A stretch of 64,000 nucleotides of DNA from a virus (Duplodnaviria; Caudoviricetes), in IMG/VR virus record IMGVR_UViG_3300014204_000004, positions 1-64,000 of that record; one strand, written 5' to 3'. Numbering within the stretch: the stretch's first letter is position 1; the number at the start of each line of letters is the position of its first letter. Below are positions 1 to 10,229 of the stretch, piece by piece. Made by a program: the position numbers and the translations under genes. A model generated the notes under the pieces. That model saw only the letters and a list, made by a program, of their open reading frames with translations. It did no database searches and was not told the DNA's origin.

Positions 1-684
1 GTAGGAGACGAGATTGTACAGGTCGAATCGATAAGCTTAACTACCAATGTCATAACAATCAAGCGTGGTGTCTTAGACACTGTACCTGCTGACCATGCGG
101 TAGATGCAAGAGTGTGGTTTGCAGGTACGCTCAGTGCTTCAGATAACATCGAGAACATTGCAGGTACAACTCTCAATGCAAAAGCGTGTACGAAGACTTC
201 TCTTGGTACACTGGAAATAGGTGATGCGAGTATCGCAAGCTACGTATTTAACTCTCGTTATATTCGTCCTTATCCGCCTGGCAAGTTTCAGATAAATGGT
301 TCGTACTATCCTGCTTACATCACAGGTGCACTTTCATTCTCATGGGCACATCGAGACAGGTTGCAACAGACAGTCACTATGATAGCTCAGTCAGAAAACA
401 GCATAGGACCTGAAGTTGGTACAACATATTCAATTAAGATATATAACGAACTTGGTGTATTGATTAAGTCTCTTACTGGTCAGAATGTAACGTCTTTTGC
501 ATACACACTGGCAGATGAAATAACGGACAGCGGTTTGGGAAGACCTAACGAATCTATGAGGGTAGAGTTGTGGTCATCGAGAACAGATGCTAAAGGTACA
601 TACGAAAGCTGGCAACACCAAGACCATGTCATACCTGAATGTAGAGGCTATGGCATGTTCTATGGCGCTTATTACGGCGAATAA
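1..684 (+). CDS. Phage tail / host-specificity protein, C-terminal part (5' truncated by the window)
   Basis: Frame 1 is open from base 1 (VGDEIVQVESI...IKRGVLDTVPADH...). The RG..DT.PA.H motif is typical of GTA-like tail tip proteins, and the gene is followed by a DUF2793 gene. Confidence 0.75.
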   Translation, partial: VGDEIVQVESISLTTNVITIKRGVLDTVPADHAVDARVWFAGTLSASDNIENIAGTTLNAKACTKTSLGTLEIGDASIASYVFNSRYIRPYPPGKFQINGSYYPAYITGALSFSWAHRDRLQQTVTMIAQSENSIGPEVGTTYSIKIYNELGVLIKSLTGQNVTSFAYTLADEITDSGLGRPNESMRVELWSSRTDAKGTYESWQHQDHVIPECRGYGMFYGAYYGE

Positions 685-695
685 CGGGAGGATAT

Positions 696-1445
696 ATGGC
701 TTCAACAGACCCTAATTTTGGATTATCTTATGGCTGGGCAATGCGAGAATCTGGTTGGAATACCGGAGTAGATGCGAACTTCAAGAAGCTTGGTGCAATA
801 GTGCAACTGAGCGTCTTAAGTATTCTTAATGACCCACCCGCTACACCTACCAACGGTGATAGATATATCATTGGTGTAGGTACAGGTGCATGGGCCGCTA
901 AAGACAATCAGATTGCAGTGCGTGTAGCAGATGCGTGGGAATACTACACGCCTGGTACAGGTTGGGTTGCATACAATCAAGCTACTGACAAACTGTATGC
1001 CTTTGACGTAGCATGGAATGTCATAACTGGTGGTGGAGACACAGACCTCAATGCTTCACCGGCGGTAGACCATACTGTATCTGGTGTAAGAATAACGCTG
1101 ACAGCAGGCGAAGCACTCGCGTTTGGTGACCCCTGCAGAATAGCTTCGACAGGTAAGGTGGTTAAGGCAGCCGCAGATGTGATTGCAAACGCAGGTGTAC
1201 AGTTGATGTGTGCCGCCGATACTATCGCAGAAGACGCTGAAGGCTACTTCTTAGTAGGACCAGGCATAGCCAGAGATGATTCATGGAACTTCACGGTCGG
1301 TGGTATATTATACTTATCTACCACAGGTACGATTACACAGTCGGCTCCCAGCGGCTCGAATAATGTGGTTCAAGTTATCGGTGTTGCTTCAGCTACTACC
1401 AAGATTCTTTTCAGACCTGAACTCACAATGATAGAGGTGGCATAA
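696..1445 (+). CDS. DUF2793-domain tail-associated protein
   Basis: DPPATPTNGDRYIIGVGTGAWAAKDNQIA...WEYYTPGTGWVAY matches the DUF2793 signature; GGGAGG RBS. Confidence 0.8.
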   Translation: MASTDPNFGLSYGWAMRESGWNTGVDANFKKLGAIVQLSVLSILNDPPATPTNGDRYIIGVGTGAWAAKDNQIAVRVADAWEYYTPGTGWVAYNQATDKLYAFDVAWNVITGGGDTDLNASPAVDHTVSGVRITLTAGEALAFGDPCRIASTGKVVKAAADVIANAGVQLMCAADTIAEDAEGYFLVGPGIARDDSWNFTVGGILYLSTTGTITQSAPSGSNNVVQVIGVASATTKILFRPELTMIEVA

Positions 1446-4021
1446 TGAGCGTATTTTATGTAGATTTTGAACTTGGCGACGATACAAAAGACGGAACTTC
1501 GTGGGCAAATGCTTGGAAGACTCTGACCACCGGTGCAACTGCGGCACGTATTGCTCCTGGTGATATAATTAAAATCGCTAAGAGCCCTGTCCCTTATTCG
1601 ATAGGTAATGCGAAATGGTTCGCAGGTCCCTTCGTGAGTACTATTCAAGCAGTAGAATCATCTACTGATGCGACACCAATCGTCATTAAGTCTACTAATC
1701 ATGGTAAAGTTACAGGCAATATCGTGCAGATTTCCAATCATACGACCAATATAAATGCCAATGGCGTGTGGAAGATTACACGAGTTGATGCAGACAAATA
1801 CTCTCTCGACGGCTCAGTTGGTTCTGGTGCAGGTGCAGGCGGGTACACTGGTAACTGCATACTCTTTAATGGCAAAGCAGTTCTGCTTAGTACGTCAGGT
1901 TTAACTAAGAAGATAGACGACTGTGACAAGCTATGGACCTTAGCCAATTCTGCTAGTGTAGTTTTAGAAGCGTATGCTTCCGCAAAGCAGGGTGCTGGTG
2001 CGGTCAAAATTACATTGCCTGCCTCAGTAGCTACTGGCACAAAGTATGCGTACAAGGCTACTGGAGCGTTAGACCTGTCTGATTATCAGAAAGTATCCTT
2101 TTGGCTATTAAATGGTACTGCTTTCATAGCTGACAGATGGAAACTGTGCCTGTGTTCAGATACTACTGGTGATACAATAGTAGACACCATAGATATACCA
2201 GCAATACCTTCAAATAGTAACCGGGTTTCTCTTACAATCGCAAGAGTTGGTGGAGGCAATCTTAGTGACAGTATTCAGTCTATTGCACTCTATACGGCCG
2301 GTACAGCACCGACAGGCTCATCATATCTTCGTCTTGACAACATCATTGCCTGTACCACAGATGGTCTTAATTTGCAGACTCTTATCTCAACAGAGACAGA
2401 AGTTCAAGGTGGTACGCACGGCTGGTATCCTATTCAGTCAATCGATGATACAATAGTCATTCTTGATTGTGGGATTGCTACACCCTCTAATGCTGGCAGA
2501 GGCTATGACGGTGCTGAAGAAATAGATGTGGCTACATATGGGCGAGAGACTACAAAGACAGTACTAGAAGCCAGCACCGGTTCCGCCACCACTGCCACAA
2601 TAAACGACAGTGGCACAGCCGGTAACTTAATTGAATTTCAGGGTGGCTATGACAGAGTATCAGGACTGCAGGACGGCGAGACATTCGTTGACTGGCGTAA
2701 TGGCTGTAGCCAAGGTTTCTATTCGTCTAAGGACTACATCAAATTTAATTATCTCAATGCAGTTAGAAGCTATTATGGTTTTAATGTTTCTGGTAATACT
2801 GTATCCTTTGGCAGAGTAGGAGCCTTTGGCTGTAATTATATAGGCATAAATCTCACATTTCTCACGACCAATACGTTTACGGCGGAAGATTTAATTGCTA
2901 TGTGTAATGACAACGACAACATATATTTTGGATTCTTTCACTTTGGACATATAACCAAGATTACAAAAGCATCCAACAGTCGTTTAGGTCGTGGTATAAA
3001 TGTGTATCAAAGCAATGATTTACTTGTGAATGAGATAGTAGGTTGTGAAAACAATTTTTCATATGGCATAGATTTAAGCGGTGGGGCTCCTTACTCAGAA
3101 AGACCATCCTTTCCTCTTATAAGAAGGCTTAACAAAAATGTTGGTAGTGCTATCATGTTCAACAACACTAGAATTGCCGATATAGGTGTCATAGAAAAGA
3201 TGAATAACGGTGGAGGAGTGAATGGTGTTTTTTATTTCTGGTATGCTTATGGTATAACTGTAAAAGAAATAACACAAGTAAACAATTCGTTGGCTACAGT
3301 AACCTCTATTTTTAACTTCGTCACTTCTAATAATATTAGAATAAAATATGTCGCTGAGTGTAACAACAATACGACGGCCAGATTATATAAAACAGCTGGC
3401 TCTATGAACTGTAGAATAGATAAGGTAACTACAACCGGGAACGCCGGTATAGCAGACGTTCAAGACGGTTATTCTGTATTATTGAACAACGCAAATTGTG
3501 CCGAAGCAGAATCAAGTTTCATGTACTTACCAGCGCATTATGTGTACAAAGACCAGTGTGCAAAGTTCACAAACTTTGGTAACAACGCAGACGACAACAG
3601 AATATATACTAATGGCGGTAGCTTCAAGAGTGACACTACCGTAAGACACGCTGAAACTGGCATAGCGTGGAAGTTCTCATTCAGTAATGCCACGAGAAAC
3701 ATCACTTACCCTCTGCGTTTTCCCGTTGCTCGTGTAGCGTTTGAAGCAAACAAACTCGTTACAGTGAAAGCCTTTGTACGCAGAAGTGCTGACACAATAG
3801 GCGCCAAGCTACGTATCTTCGGTTACTCTATACCAGGAATAGGTTTAGACGACTTGGTGGCTACTGCAGGCGTAAACTCAGTTGGTGCGTGGGAAGAACT
3901 GACGCTTACCTTTACACCAACTATTAGAGGCGTGGTTGAAGTATTCGCTGAAGCCTATTACATATCGTCTTTCGCTGAAAATGCGTGGATTGATGATATG
4001 ACGATAACACAGGCAGATTAA
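1445..4021 (+). CDS. Tail fibre/spike protein 1 (beta-helix region, C-terminal jelly-roll/CBM-like domain)
   Basis: 858 aa. N-terminal YVD...GDD..DG.SWANAWKT motif of beta-helix proteins, FCCH-like repeat, N/G-rich beta-helix repeats; tail context. Confidence 0.7.
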   Translation: MSVFYVDFELGDDTKDGTSWANAWKTLTTGATAARIAPGDIIKIAKSPVPYSIGNAKWFAGPFVSTIQAVESSTDATPIVIKSTNHGKVTGNIVQISNHTTNINANGVWKITRVDADKYSLDGSVGSGAGAGGYTGNCILFNGKAVLLSTSGLTKKIDDCDKLWTLANSASVVLEAYASAKQGAGAVKITLPASVATGTKYAYKATGALDLSDYQKVSFWLLNGTAFIADRWKLCLCSDTTGDTIVDTIDIPAIPSNSNRVSLTIARVGGGNLSDSIQSIALYTAGTAPTGSSYLRLDNIIACTTDGLNLQTLISTETEVQGGTHGWYPIQSIDDTIVILDCGIATPSNAGRGYDGAEEIDVATYGRETTKTVLEASTGSATTATINDSGTAGNLIEFQGGYDRVSGLQDGETFVDWRNGCSQGFYSSKDYIKFNYLNAVRSYYGFNVSGNTVSFGRVGAFGCNYIGINLTFLTTNTFTAEDLIAMCNDNDNIYFGFFHFGHITKITKASNSRLGRGINVYQSNDLLVNEIVGCENNFSYGIDLSGGAPYSERPSFPLIRRLNKNVGSAIMFNNTRIADIGVIEKMNNGGGVNGVFYFWYAYGITVKEITQVNNSLATVTSIFNFVTSNNIRIKYVAECNNNTTARLYKTAGSMNCRIDKVTTTGNAGIADVQDGYSVLLNNANCAEAESSFMYLPAHYVYKDQCAKFTNFGNNADDNRIYTNGGSFKSDTTVRHAETGIAWKFSFSNATRNITYPLRFPVARVAFEANKLVTVKAFVRRSADTIGAKLRIFGYSIPGIGLDDLVATAGVNSVGAWEELTLTFTPTIRGVVEVFAEAYYISSFAENAWIDDMTITQAD

Positions 4022-4034
4022 TAGGAGGTGTAAA

Positions 4035-4295
4035 ATGGCTGTCGATTTAAAGACGTTTGATATCCCCTTTGAAGGTGGGCCGTGCTGTGATGTATCTGCT
4101 AAAGATAGTCTTGACCTGAAGACAATGGACTGGTCTGTGGAAGGCCAGCCTTTCGTCAGTAACTCAGGTACATATATACCGCCTGTTGTCACGTATGTCG
4201 TCTCGATAGCAGGTGTGGCAATAGCGTCAGTAGCAAAGTTCGTCTCGGTGGCAAAGGCAAGCATTGCCAAAATCAATGGTACACCACTGAGCTAA
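4035..4295 (+). CDS. Small tail-fibre-associated protein with internal DLKTxDxxxEGxP duplication
   Basis: AGGAGGT RBS; two tandem DLKT.D...EG.P units. Confidence 0.65.
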   Translation: MAVDLKTFDIPFEGGPCCDVSAKDSLDLKTMDWSVEGQPFVSNSGTYIPPVVTYVVSIAGVAIASVAKFVSVAKASIAKINGTPLS

Positions 4296-4296
4296 A

Positions 4297-4325
4297 TTGA
4301 CGGTGATTCCATCGTCTGTTATACT
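4297..4325 (+). promoter_or_regulatory. Sigma70-type promoter
   Basis: TTGACG-N17-TATACT with extended -10 TG, just upstream of the RBS for 4349. Confidence 0.6.
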
Positions 4326-4348
4326 GGTTACAGAGGAGGTAAAAGAAC

Positions 4349-4696
4349 ATGGCAAATGACTTGAGTATGTACAGAGGCGATACTAAAGCTATCGCTCTTC
4401 ACTTTACCAATGCCGATGGTAGCGATAAAGATATCACAGATTGGACTGTGTTCTTTACCTTGAAGAAGAGTGAATTAGACACAGACGCAGAGGCGAAGAT
4501 AGTAAAGAACGTTACGGAACACACTGTACCTTTGGAAGGCAAAACGCAATTCACTATCGAGCCTGCAGATACATTGCACCTTGTCCCTGGCAAGTATGTC
4601 TATGACGTACAGACTAAGAATGGAGACACGATATCTACTCTTGTTAAGGGAGTTCTTACCATCATAGGCGACGTAACCAGAAGAGTGAGTGTGTAA
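4349..4696 (+). CDS. BppU N-terminal-like baseplate/adaptor protein
   Basis: RGDT...DIT.W.V.FT.K...G...F.I...DT..L.PG.Y.YDVQ pattern typical of BppU_N-like phage proteins. Confidence 0.65.
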   Translation: MANDLSMYRGDTKAIALHFTNADGSDKDITDWTVFFTLKKSELDTDAEAKIVKNVTEHTVPLEGKTQFTIEPADTLHLVPGKYVYDVQTKNGDTISTLVKGVLTIIGDVTRRVSV

Positions 4697-4698
4697 TT

Positions 4699-5592
4699 AT
4701 GAGCGACGACCTGAATATAGAAGTAACAGACCAGACCGCAGTTATAGAGGTTACTTTAGAAGAGGGCCCGCAAATAGAGGTTACTTTAGAAGACACGGGC
4801 CCGCAGGGGCCACAAGGCGTACAAGGCGTACAAGGCTCTCAAGGACCGCAGGGGAGTCAGGGGGTAAAAGGTGAACAGGGCAGTCAAGGCGCTCAAGGTA
4901 CTGTTGGGGATACAGGACCAAAGGGAGACCCTGGACCAAAGGGAGACACAGGTGCGCAAGGTGAGAAGGGTGCGCAAGGTGAGAAGGGCGAAGAGGGTAG
5001 CGTCGGATCACAAGGTGCTCAGGGCAATCAGGGTCCTGCTGGTGTAATTGGACCTCAAGGTGAGATTGGACCTCAAGGTGAGCAAGGTGCTCAAGGTGAG
5101 ATTGGACCTCAAGGACCTCAAGGTGAGATTGGACCTCAAGGACCTCAAGGTGAGATTGGACCTCAAGGACCTCAAGGTGAGATTGGACCTCAAGGTGCTC
5201 AAGGTGCTCAAGGTGCTCAAGGTGCTCAAGGTGCTCAAGGTGCTCAAGGACTGGTCGGGACAGCCATAAGGGTTTTTACATGGGTTATAGCAAATCCTGC
5301 AATTGGTGGGATTCCAGGCCCACGGATAAATCAAGCTCATACAGTAACAAGGGTTGACAGTTATACAACCGCCGCAACATCTGTCACATTCAATATCGAA
5401 GAAAGAGGCGAAATAGGTACGGCAGGGGTTGACATTCTAGCATCAGACCAAGTTGCCGATATTGACGGGGCAAGCATAGAAGCCGCAAGCAATGACAGTC
5501 TGGCGGAAGGGAACTGGTTATGGCTTGATATATCCGCAGTAGAAGGTACTCCGGGTCAGGTAGTGGTAGTTTTAACATGTGAGGTGCAGTAA
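4699..5592 (+). CDS. Collagen-like tail fibre protein
   Basis: About 50 uninterrupted Gly-X-Y triplets ([12 protein letters not shown]). Confidence 0.85.
   Translation: MSDDLNIEVTDQTAVIEVTLEEGPQIEVTLEDTGPQGPQGVQGVQGSQGPQGSQGVKGEQGSQGAQGTVGDTGPKGDPGPKGDTGAQGEKGAQGEKGEEGSVGSQGAQGNQGPAGVIGPQGEIGPQGEQGAQGEIGPQGPQGEIGPQGPQGEIGPQGPQGEIGPQGAQGAQGAQGAQGAQGAQGLVGTAIRVFTWVIANPAIGGIPGPRINQAHTVTRVDSYTTAATSVTFNIEERGEIGTAGVDILASDQVADIDGASIEAASNDSLAEGNWLWLDISAVEGTPGQVVVVLTCEVQ
5049..5247 (+). repeat. Coding tandem repeats of the collagen domain (27-bp and 9-bp units)
   Basis: ggacctcaaggtgagattggacctcaa repeated, followed by six copies of ggtgctcaa. Confidence 0.9.
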
Positions 5593-6047
5593 TGGCTTTA
5601 GAAATTGAAGGGTATGATTACATTACCCACAAGATTGTTCAACGTCCGTGGGGTAAAGAGTGTCGGTTTACAGTAAAGGGGACTAAAGGAAATATAGATG
5701 ATGTGATATCGGTTGCTGAAAATGTTACTGACGAGGAACTGGTTCTTAAGATAAAAAATCATGCAGAATATCGCGAAAGACAAAAAGACCGGGAAGACAG
5801 AACATGCCAGGTATTTGATAATACCGGGCCAGAAGTTAGGCAAGCCCTTAATTGGATTGTACGTTATATCAAAGCCAATCCGACGAAGAATAAAAGCCAA
5901 GTAAAACAGGCTTTTGGTAATGCTTTTACAACAAGCGTTTTTGATTTTGACAATTTCGTTGATTACCTTATTATGCAGACGGAAACAGGCAAATGGAGTT
6001 CGTTTGTAGTTTATGTGACAAATCACTTCTTTGAGGAGATTGACTAA
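5592..6047 (+). CDS. Hypothetical protein in tail-fibre cassette (possible chaperone)
   Basis: TAATG-coupled to both neighbours; GAGGTG RBS. Confidence 0.6.
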   Translation: MALEIEGYDYITHKIVQRPWGKECRFTVKGTKGNIDDVISVAENVTDEELVLKIKNHAEYRERQKDREDRTCQVFDNTGPEVRQALNWIVRYIKANPTKNKSQVKQAFGNAFTTSVFDFDNFVDYLIMQTETGKWSSFVVYVTNHFFEEID

Positions 6048-8032
6048 TGGCTACAATCACGTCAGCACAATCAGGTAATTGGGGAGATGTAGCAACATGG
6101 GTTGGTGGGGCAGTTCCCGTAGATGGGGATGCGGTTATTATTGCTGAAGGACACGCAATACTAATGAATGTTGACCAGTCTGCATTTGTAACAGGAATTG
6201 ATGGGTTAACAATAACTGGGTCGGTGGGTACACCCGGTATGTTATATTTCAAAGATGGTACAGATGGTTATTTAATGATGAAGACTGGGACAAAAATACA
6301 GGGTACGTCAACAACCTATTTTGGGCGACTTCTTGCTAATAGTGATGGGGTATGGGGTAGCGCGGGTTCTTTGGCATACGCAAATAAAGCTGTAATTGCT
6401 TTACAGGGGTCTGCTCAGATTGACGGGAGTTACCTAGATATTCGTCTGTACTGTTATCAACCGACCCACAAATATGTAACAACGTATAAATTTAAGAAAA
6501 CCGTGCAAAGCGTTGATGTGGATACAAATGTTATTACTTTGACTGAGGCGCATGGAATGACCTCACAAGAGTGCATATTCCTCAGAAGTTCGGGAACATT
6601 ACCTGAACCGCTAGTTCAAGATATGCCATATTTTCTTATATCTACCGGGTCAAATACTCTTAAGATTTGTCTTTATCCGTACAATGCGGAGCTGAACTTA
6701 ACATCGGCTGGGTCAGGTACAATTGAAATTTATTACGGATACGTGACTTATGCTGGAGTTACTACTGTAAATGTAATTGAAGATGTAAGCGCAGAAACCG
6801 GATGGGATACTACTGATGGTCATGACCACGTTGGTCTTTTTAATCATGGTTCCCCCAATCCAAATTTTCAGAAGCAACAATTAACAACCATTAATGCTGA
6901 GTCTATTGTTTTATCAACGGCTCTTGATAGTAAGAAAAATGCTGGTTCGAGGCTGTATCTTGTGAGCAGAAATGTATCAATTAGGCTTAATGTATCTGGC
7001 TATTCCCCGGCAATCACAAATGGGAAAGGGCATGTGCTTCAGTGTGAGATAAGAAATGCCTATGGAACTCCGGGTAATTTTAATGCGACTGGGATATCTT
7101 ATGCCCTAGAGTGTGTTATGTCTGGAGTGCTGGCGTATTTTTACACTGGAGTTAATGGTGGTAATGGGTCGAGTATGTCGGGGAATATGCTTGGTTGTGG
7201 ATTGGTAAGTTGCACCAAAGTAGACATAACAGGACATTTGGTAGGAGCATATACAGCTATGAGCGATGTGTATGGGGTAAAGATGTCAGGTACAATATTT
7301 GGATGTAGTATGGTTTATGGGGCAAAGGCAGAAGAGAGCATTACCACAGGTTATGTAATTGGTAATGGTTATATATACTATTCACAAGGGAGGCATCTGG
7401 CCTTGTCTGCGAAGTTATTTGCTAACATGAGTAATATGCAGGGGAATTGCTGTTTTGCAAACTTCAGAAATATGGCTCCGGGTTGTTCAGGAATACCTTT
7501 GGCTGTTGGTACGCCATATAAAAATAACAGAATAACTCATGAAAACTATAATGGTATTGATGGGGCAATGAAGATTGAAGACCAATTGGGAAATATACTT
7601 AAAACCCTTTGTGATGGAACTGGTGATGCTCCAAGTATTGACCCGGATATGGGAAATGATTATTGCCTAGAAGCGAGTAATATACAGGCATGTCTGACAC
7701 CTACTGTAGGGCCATTAAAAATAATCAATGGAGTCCGGTTATGGGTGCGTGATGGGGAAAGAACAATTGAAATTCCAATCCAAACAACGTATGCGAGTAT
7801 TGCGGCAGGGGGGCTTATCCTACGAGTACAATACGTTGATGTAAACGGGGCTATTACAGAAATTACAAATGCCCCAGCAATTGCTCAACGGAGTGATGCT
7901 ACAGATTGGTCACAATATTTGAGAGTTACCTTTACTCAGGGTTTTGAAGGTTGGGTTACAATATATGTAGAATTGACTAAGTATGAATCGGGCAATGAAG
8001 TTTATGTCTGGCCTATTACGTCAATACTTTAA
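6047..8032 (+). CDS. Tail fibre/spike protein 2 (G8-like N-terminus, beta-helix, CBM-like C-terminus)
   Basis: ITSAQSGNW.D.ATW.GG.VP..GD.V.I..GH is a G8-domain-like start; the C-terminal W...L.VTFT...G.V.I.VE resembles fibre 1. Confidence 0.65.
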   Translation: MATITSAQSGNWGDVATWVGGAVPVDGDAVIIAEGHAILMNVDQSAFVTGIDGLTITGSVGTPGMLYFKDGTDGYLMMKTGTKIQGTSTTYFGRLLANSDGVWGSAGSLAYANKAVIALQGSAQIDGSYLDIRLYCYQPTHKYVTTYKFKKTVQSVDVDTNVITLTEAHGMTSQECIFLRSSGTLPEPLVQDMPYFLISTGSNTLKICLYPYNAELNLTSAGSGTIEIYYGYVTYAGVTTVNVIEDVSAETGWDTTDGHDHVGLFNHGSPNPNFQKQQLTTINAESIVLSTALDSKKNAGSRLYLVSRNVSIRLNVSGYSPAITNGKGHVLQCEIRNAYGTPGNFNATGISYALECVMSGVLAYFYTGVNGGNGSSMSGNMLGCGLVSCTKVDITGHLVGAYTAMSDVYGVKMSGTIFGCSMVYGAKAEESITTGYVIGNGYIYYSQGRHLALSAKLFANMSNMQGNCCFANFRNMAPGCSGIPLAVGTPYKNNRITHENYNGIDGAMKIEDQLGNILKTLCDGTGDAPSIDPDMGNDYCLEASNIQACLTPTVGPLKIINGVRLWVRDGERTIEIPIQTTYASIAAGGLILRVQYVDVNGAITEITNAPAIAQRSDATDWSQYLRVTFTQGFEGWVTIYVELTKYESGNEVYVWPITSIL

Positions 8033-8041
8033 GAGGTTATC

Positions 8042-8194
8042 ATGGAATGGCATTGGGCTGATGGACAATTAGTGTCGACATTAGATTGGCCGACTTATTG
8101 GGCAGACGGGGGGATGTTGCCTTATTATGTCCCTGATGTTGCAACAGCTCCACCAACAACCAATCGGGTTTTAAACGTGATGATAAATTTTTAA
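8042..8194 (+). CDS. Small 50-aa protein with duplicated WADG motif (below ORF-track cutoff)
   Basis: GAGG RBS; MEWHWADGQLVSTLDWPTYWADGGMLPYY...; same position relative to fibre 2 as 4035-4295 has to fibre 1. Confidence 0.55.
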   Translation: MEWHWADGQLVSTLDWPTYWADGGMLPYYVPDVATAPPTTNRVLNVMINF

Positions 8195-8332
8195 GAGGTA
8201 CGATATGGCAGATATAGAGTTGACCTAATATTCGCGTTAAGCCGATAAGTATTGTATAGTTACAAGTACCCTATGTTCAGGCACATCTTGTATGTCTGAA
8301 ATAAGGCTAAGTTTCTACGGAGACATAGAGAT

Positions 8333-8491
8333 ATGACAACAGTAAAGCCAGACTACTGCATACATCCTGAAGAGGAATGTGCAGAGTGTTCGTTTTACTG
8401 GCCAAAGGAAGCTATATGCTCCTTGATGCCAGACGAAGAATTAAAAAGTGCATGGTTAAGAGAAAAGAGAAAAGCTTTTAAGGAGGAATGA
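8333..8491 (+). CDS. Small Cys-rich protein, 52 aa
   Basis: MTTVKPDYCIHPEEECAECSFYWPKEAICS...; stop overlaps the ATG of the next gene. Confidence 0.45.
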   Translation: MTTVKPDYCIHPEEECAECSFYWPKEAICSLMPDEELKSAWLREKRKAFKEE

Positions 8492-9093
8492 TGAAAGAGT
8501 GGTTGTATGCAAGGTACAAAGGCTTCTTAACGTGGTTCGGGGATATCTACTGTGCCTTTGAGCCGCCTCTCGTAAGAGCAAACGAGATTCGCAGAGTTCT
8601 CGCGTTGATTCAGCCTGGTGATGTTATATGCAGAGGCTACAACTACTACCTCGACAGCTACTTTATTCCTGGAGTGTTCTCTCATTCAGGTCTGGTAGTA
8701 GATGCGTTCACCATGATTCATGCAGTAGCAGAGGGCGTATCGAGAATAGATATCATAGACTTCATTAAGGACTGTGATGCCTTTATCATTCTCAGACCTG
8801 TCTTAAGCACAAGCGATTCGGTAAAGGTACTGGCAAGAGCGTTTGAGCATCTCAAGAACAAGACGCCTTATGACTTCACCTTTAAAGACCCCAACAATTT
8901 TTACTGCCACGAGTTCACGCAAGATTGTCTGAACTACGGTGGCATTGAGATAGTACCAACTGAAACGGAATTTGGCATAGGCATATTCAAGTTCAAACGT
9001 ACCTTGTTTTTGGCACAGAACTTGATTGATGCACTCACAACGGTCTATATATACAATCCAGAAAAGGGGGTTTATTTTGAAGCCGAACATTAA
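8488..9093 (+). CDS. Permuted papain-like NlpC/P60 enzyme (YiiX/YebB family)
   Basis: PGDVI...FSHSGL...IHA...PYDFTF...FYCHE, with His before Cys in the permuted order. Confidence 0.8.
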   Translation: MMKEWLYARYKGFLTWFGDIYCAFEPPLVRANEIRRVLALIQPGDVICRGYNYYLDSYFIPGVFSHSGLVVDAFTMIHAVAEGVSRIDIIDFIKDCDAFIILRPVLSTSDSVKVLARAFEHLKNKTPYDFTFKDPNNFYCHEFTQDCLNYGGIEIVPTETEFGIGIFKFKRTLFLAQNLIDALTTVYIYNPEKGVYFEAEH

Positions 9094-9607
9094 CGACTTA
9101 GTACTGCCGGCACAGAAAGTCTTTCACGACTTTGAACAGGAAATGAACAAGGCAAATGTGCTGTTCAAGGTGACGTGCATAAAGCGCACGATTGATGAGC
9201 AGGCGGCTCTCTATGCACAGCATCGCCAGTCTGTTCTTGCAGTGAACAGGCTCAGAGCAAAAGCAGGTATGAGTTCCATATCTGACAGAGAGAATCTCAA
9301 GACAGTTACCTGGACCATGAAGAGCAGGCATCTACCAATAGCGAAAGGTTCAGAGTTCGCAAAGATGTTCCCAGAATGGGTAGGCATGTGCCTCGCGTGG
9401 GATATTGTCATCATGAATGACAAGACACCTCAGTGGGAGATAAAGGTAGATGTTGATAAAGACATGATACCTGATTACGAAGAAGCGGCACGTATAGGTG
9501 AGAAATTGGGATTGGTCGTGGGAGCACGATGGAGAGACAAGCCTGATTATCCCCATTACGAATTTGATATAAGGAGGTATTACGATGCAGTTAATAATCA
9601 GAAGTAA
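9026..9607 (+). CDS. Endolysin, peptidase M15 (L-Ala-D-Glu peptidase-like); probable start TTG 9077
   Basis: RT..EQ..LYAQ.R, VTWT..SRH, AWD and W...DYPHYE motifs. Confidence 0.85.
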   Translation: MMHSQRSIYTIQKRGFILKPNINDLVLPAQKVFHDFEQEMNKANVLFKVTCIKRTIDEQAALYAQHRQSVLAVNRLRAKAGMSSISDRENLKTVTWTMKSRHLPIAKGSEFAKMFPEWVGMCLAWDIVIMNDKTPQWEIKVDVDKDMIPDYEEAARIGEKLGLVVGARWRDKPDYPHYEFDIRRYYDAVNNQK

Positions 9608-9986
9608 AAAATCAGTAGCGGCGCTTGCAGTTATAATCGTACTTATGGTATCTTATGGCTGTGCCGGTTTTGTTGACAACGCTTACAAGACAGCGTTCAC
9701 CACGAACACACTGTACGACGCAGGTATGAAGTCTGTGGCTCAGCTTCAGGCAGATGGCAAGATTACGAAAGAGCAGAGGGTAGAGATAAACAAATATGCC
9801 ACTGCTTATTACGCCTCGTTGCAGGGGTTCGTGGTCGCGCTTAGTACATACAATCAGATGAAAGACAAGAAGAGCCAGGACGCTCTTGCTATTGCGCTCT
9901 CTGCTTTGGTCACCAACTATACCAAGCTTCTTGAGGTCGCCAATGCTTTTGCACCTGGCACGTTTGTTAAAGCGGAGGTGAAATAA
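9585..9986 (+). CDS. Lipoprotein in lysis cassette
   Basis: Basic N-terminus, hydrophobic stretch, then lipobox-like SYGC; helical remainder. Confidence 0.65.
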   Translation: MQLIIRSKKSVAALAVIIVLMVSYGCAGFVDNAYKTAFTTNTLYDAGMKSVAQLQADGKITKEQRVEINKYATAYYASLQGFVVALSTYNQMKDKKSQDALAIALSALVTNYTKLLEVANAFAPGTFVKAEVK

Positions 9987-10153
9987 TGGAAGGCTCAGCA
10001 GATAAAACAATCGTAGAAACGGCTCTTGAACTTGCCATGAAGTTCGGCATACCTGCAGTTCTCGAAGTAATCAAGGGCTGGAACAAAACAGTTATTACTC
10101 AGGCAGACATTGACGCGCTAGCAACGCAGATTAAAAAGCCTGAGGAATATTAA
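9986..10153 (+). CDS. Small 55-aa protein
   Basis: GGAGGTG RBS, TAATG coupling; MEGSADKTIVETALELAMKFGIPAV... Confidence 0.6.
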   Translation: MEGSADKTIVETALELAMKFGIPAVLEVIKGWNKTVITQADIDALATQIKKPEEY

Positions 10154-10187
10154 CCAAGCAACTTCTCTTAGCAACATATAACTTCCT

Positions 10188-10228
10188 CCTCCCCTCTCTG
10201 TTCTCTCTCGGCAGAGGGGGGTTTTTCT
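10188..10228. terminator. Terminator between the convergent late (+) and early/middle (-) blocks
   Basis: Imperfect stem CCCCTCT(CT)G...CAGAGGGGG followed by TTTTT, located at the strand switch. Confidence 0.6.
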
Positions 10229-10229
10229 A

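Noticed and set aside
4689-5340. Alternative-frame ORFs over the collagen gene
   Set aside because: They are frame shadows of the G-X-Y repeats.
1445-8032. Diversity-generating retroelement acting on the tail fibres
   Set aside because: No reverse transcriptase and no template/variable repeat pair is visible in the window.
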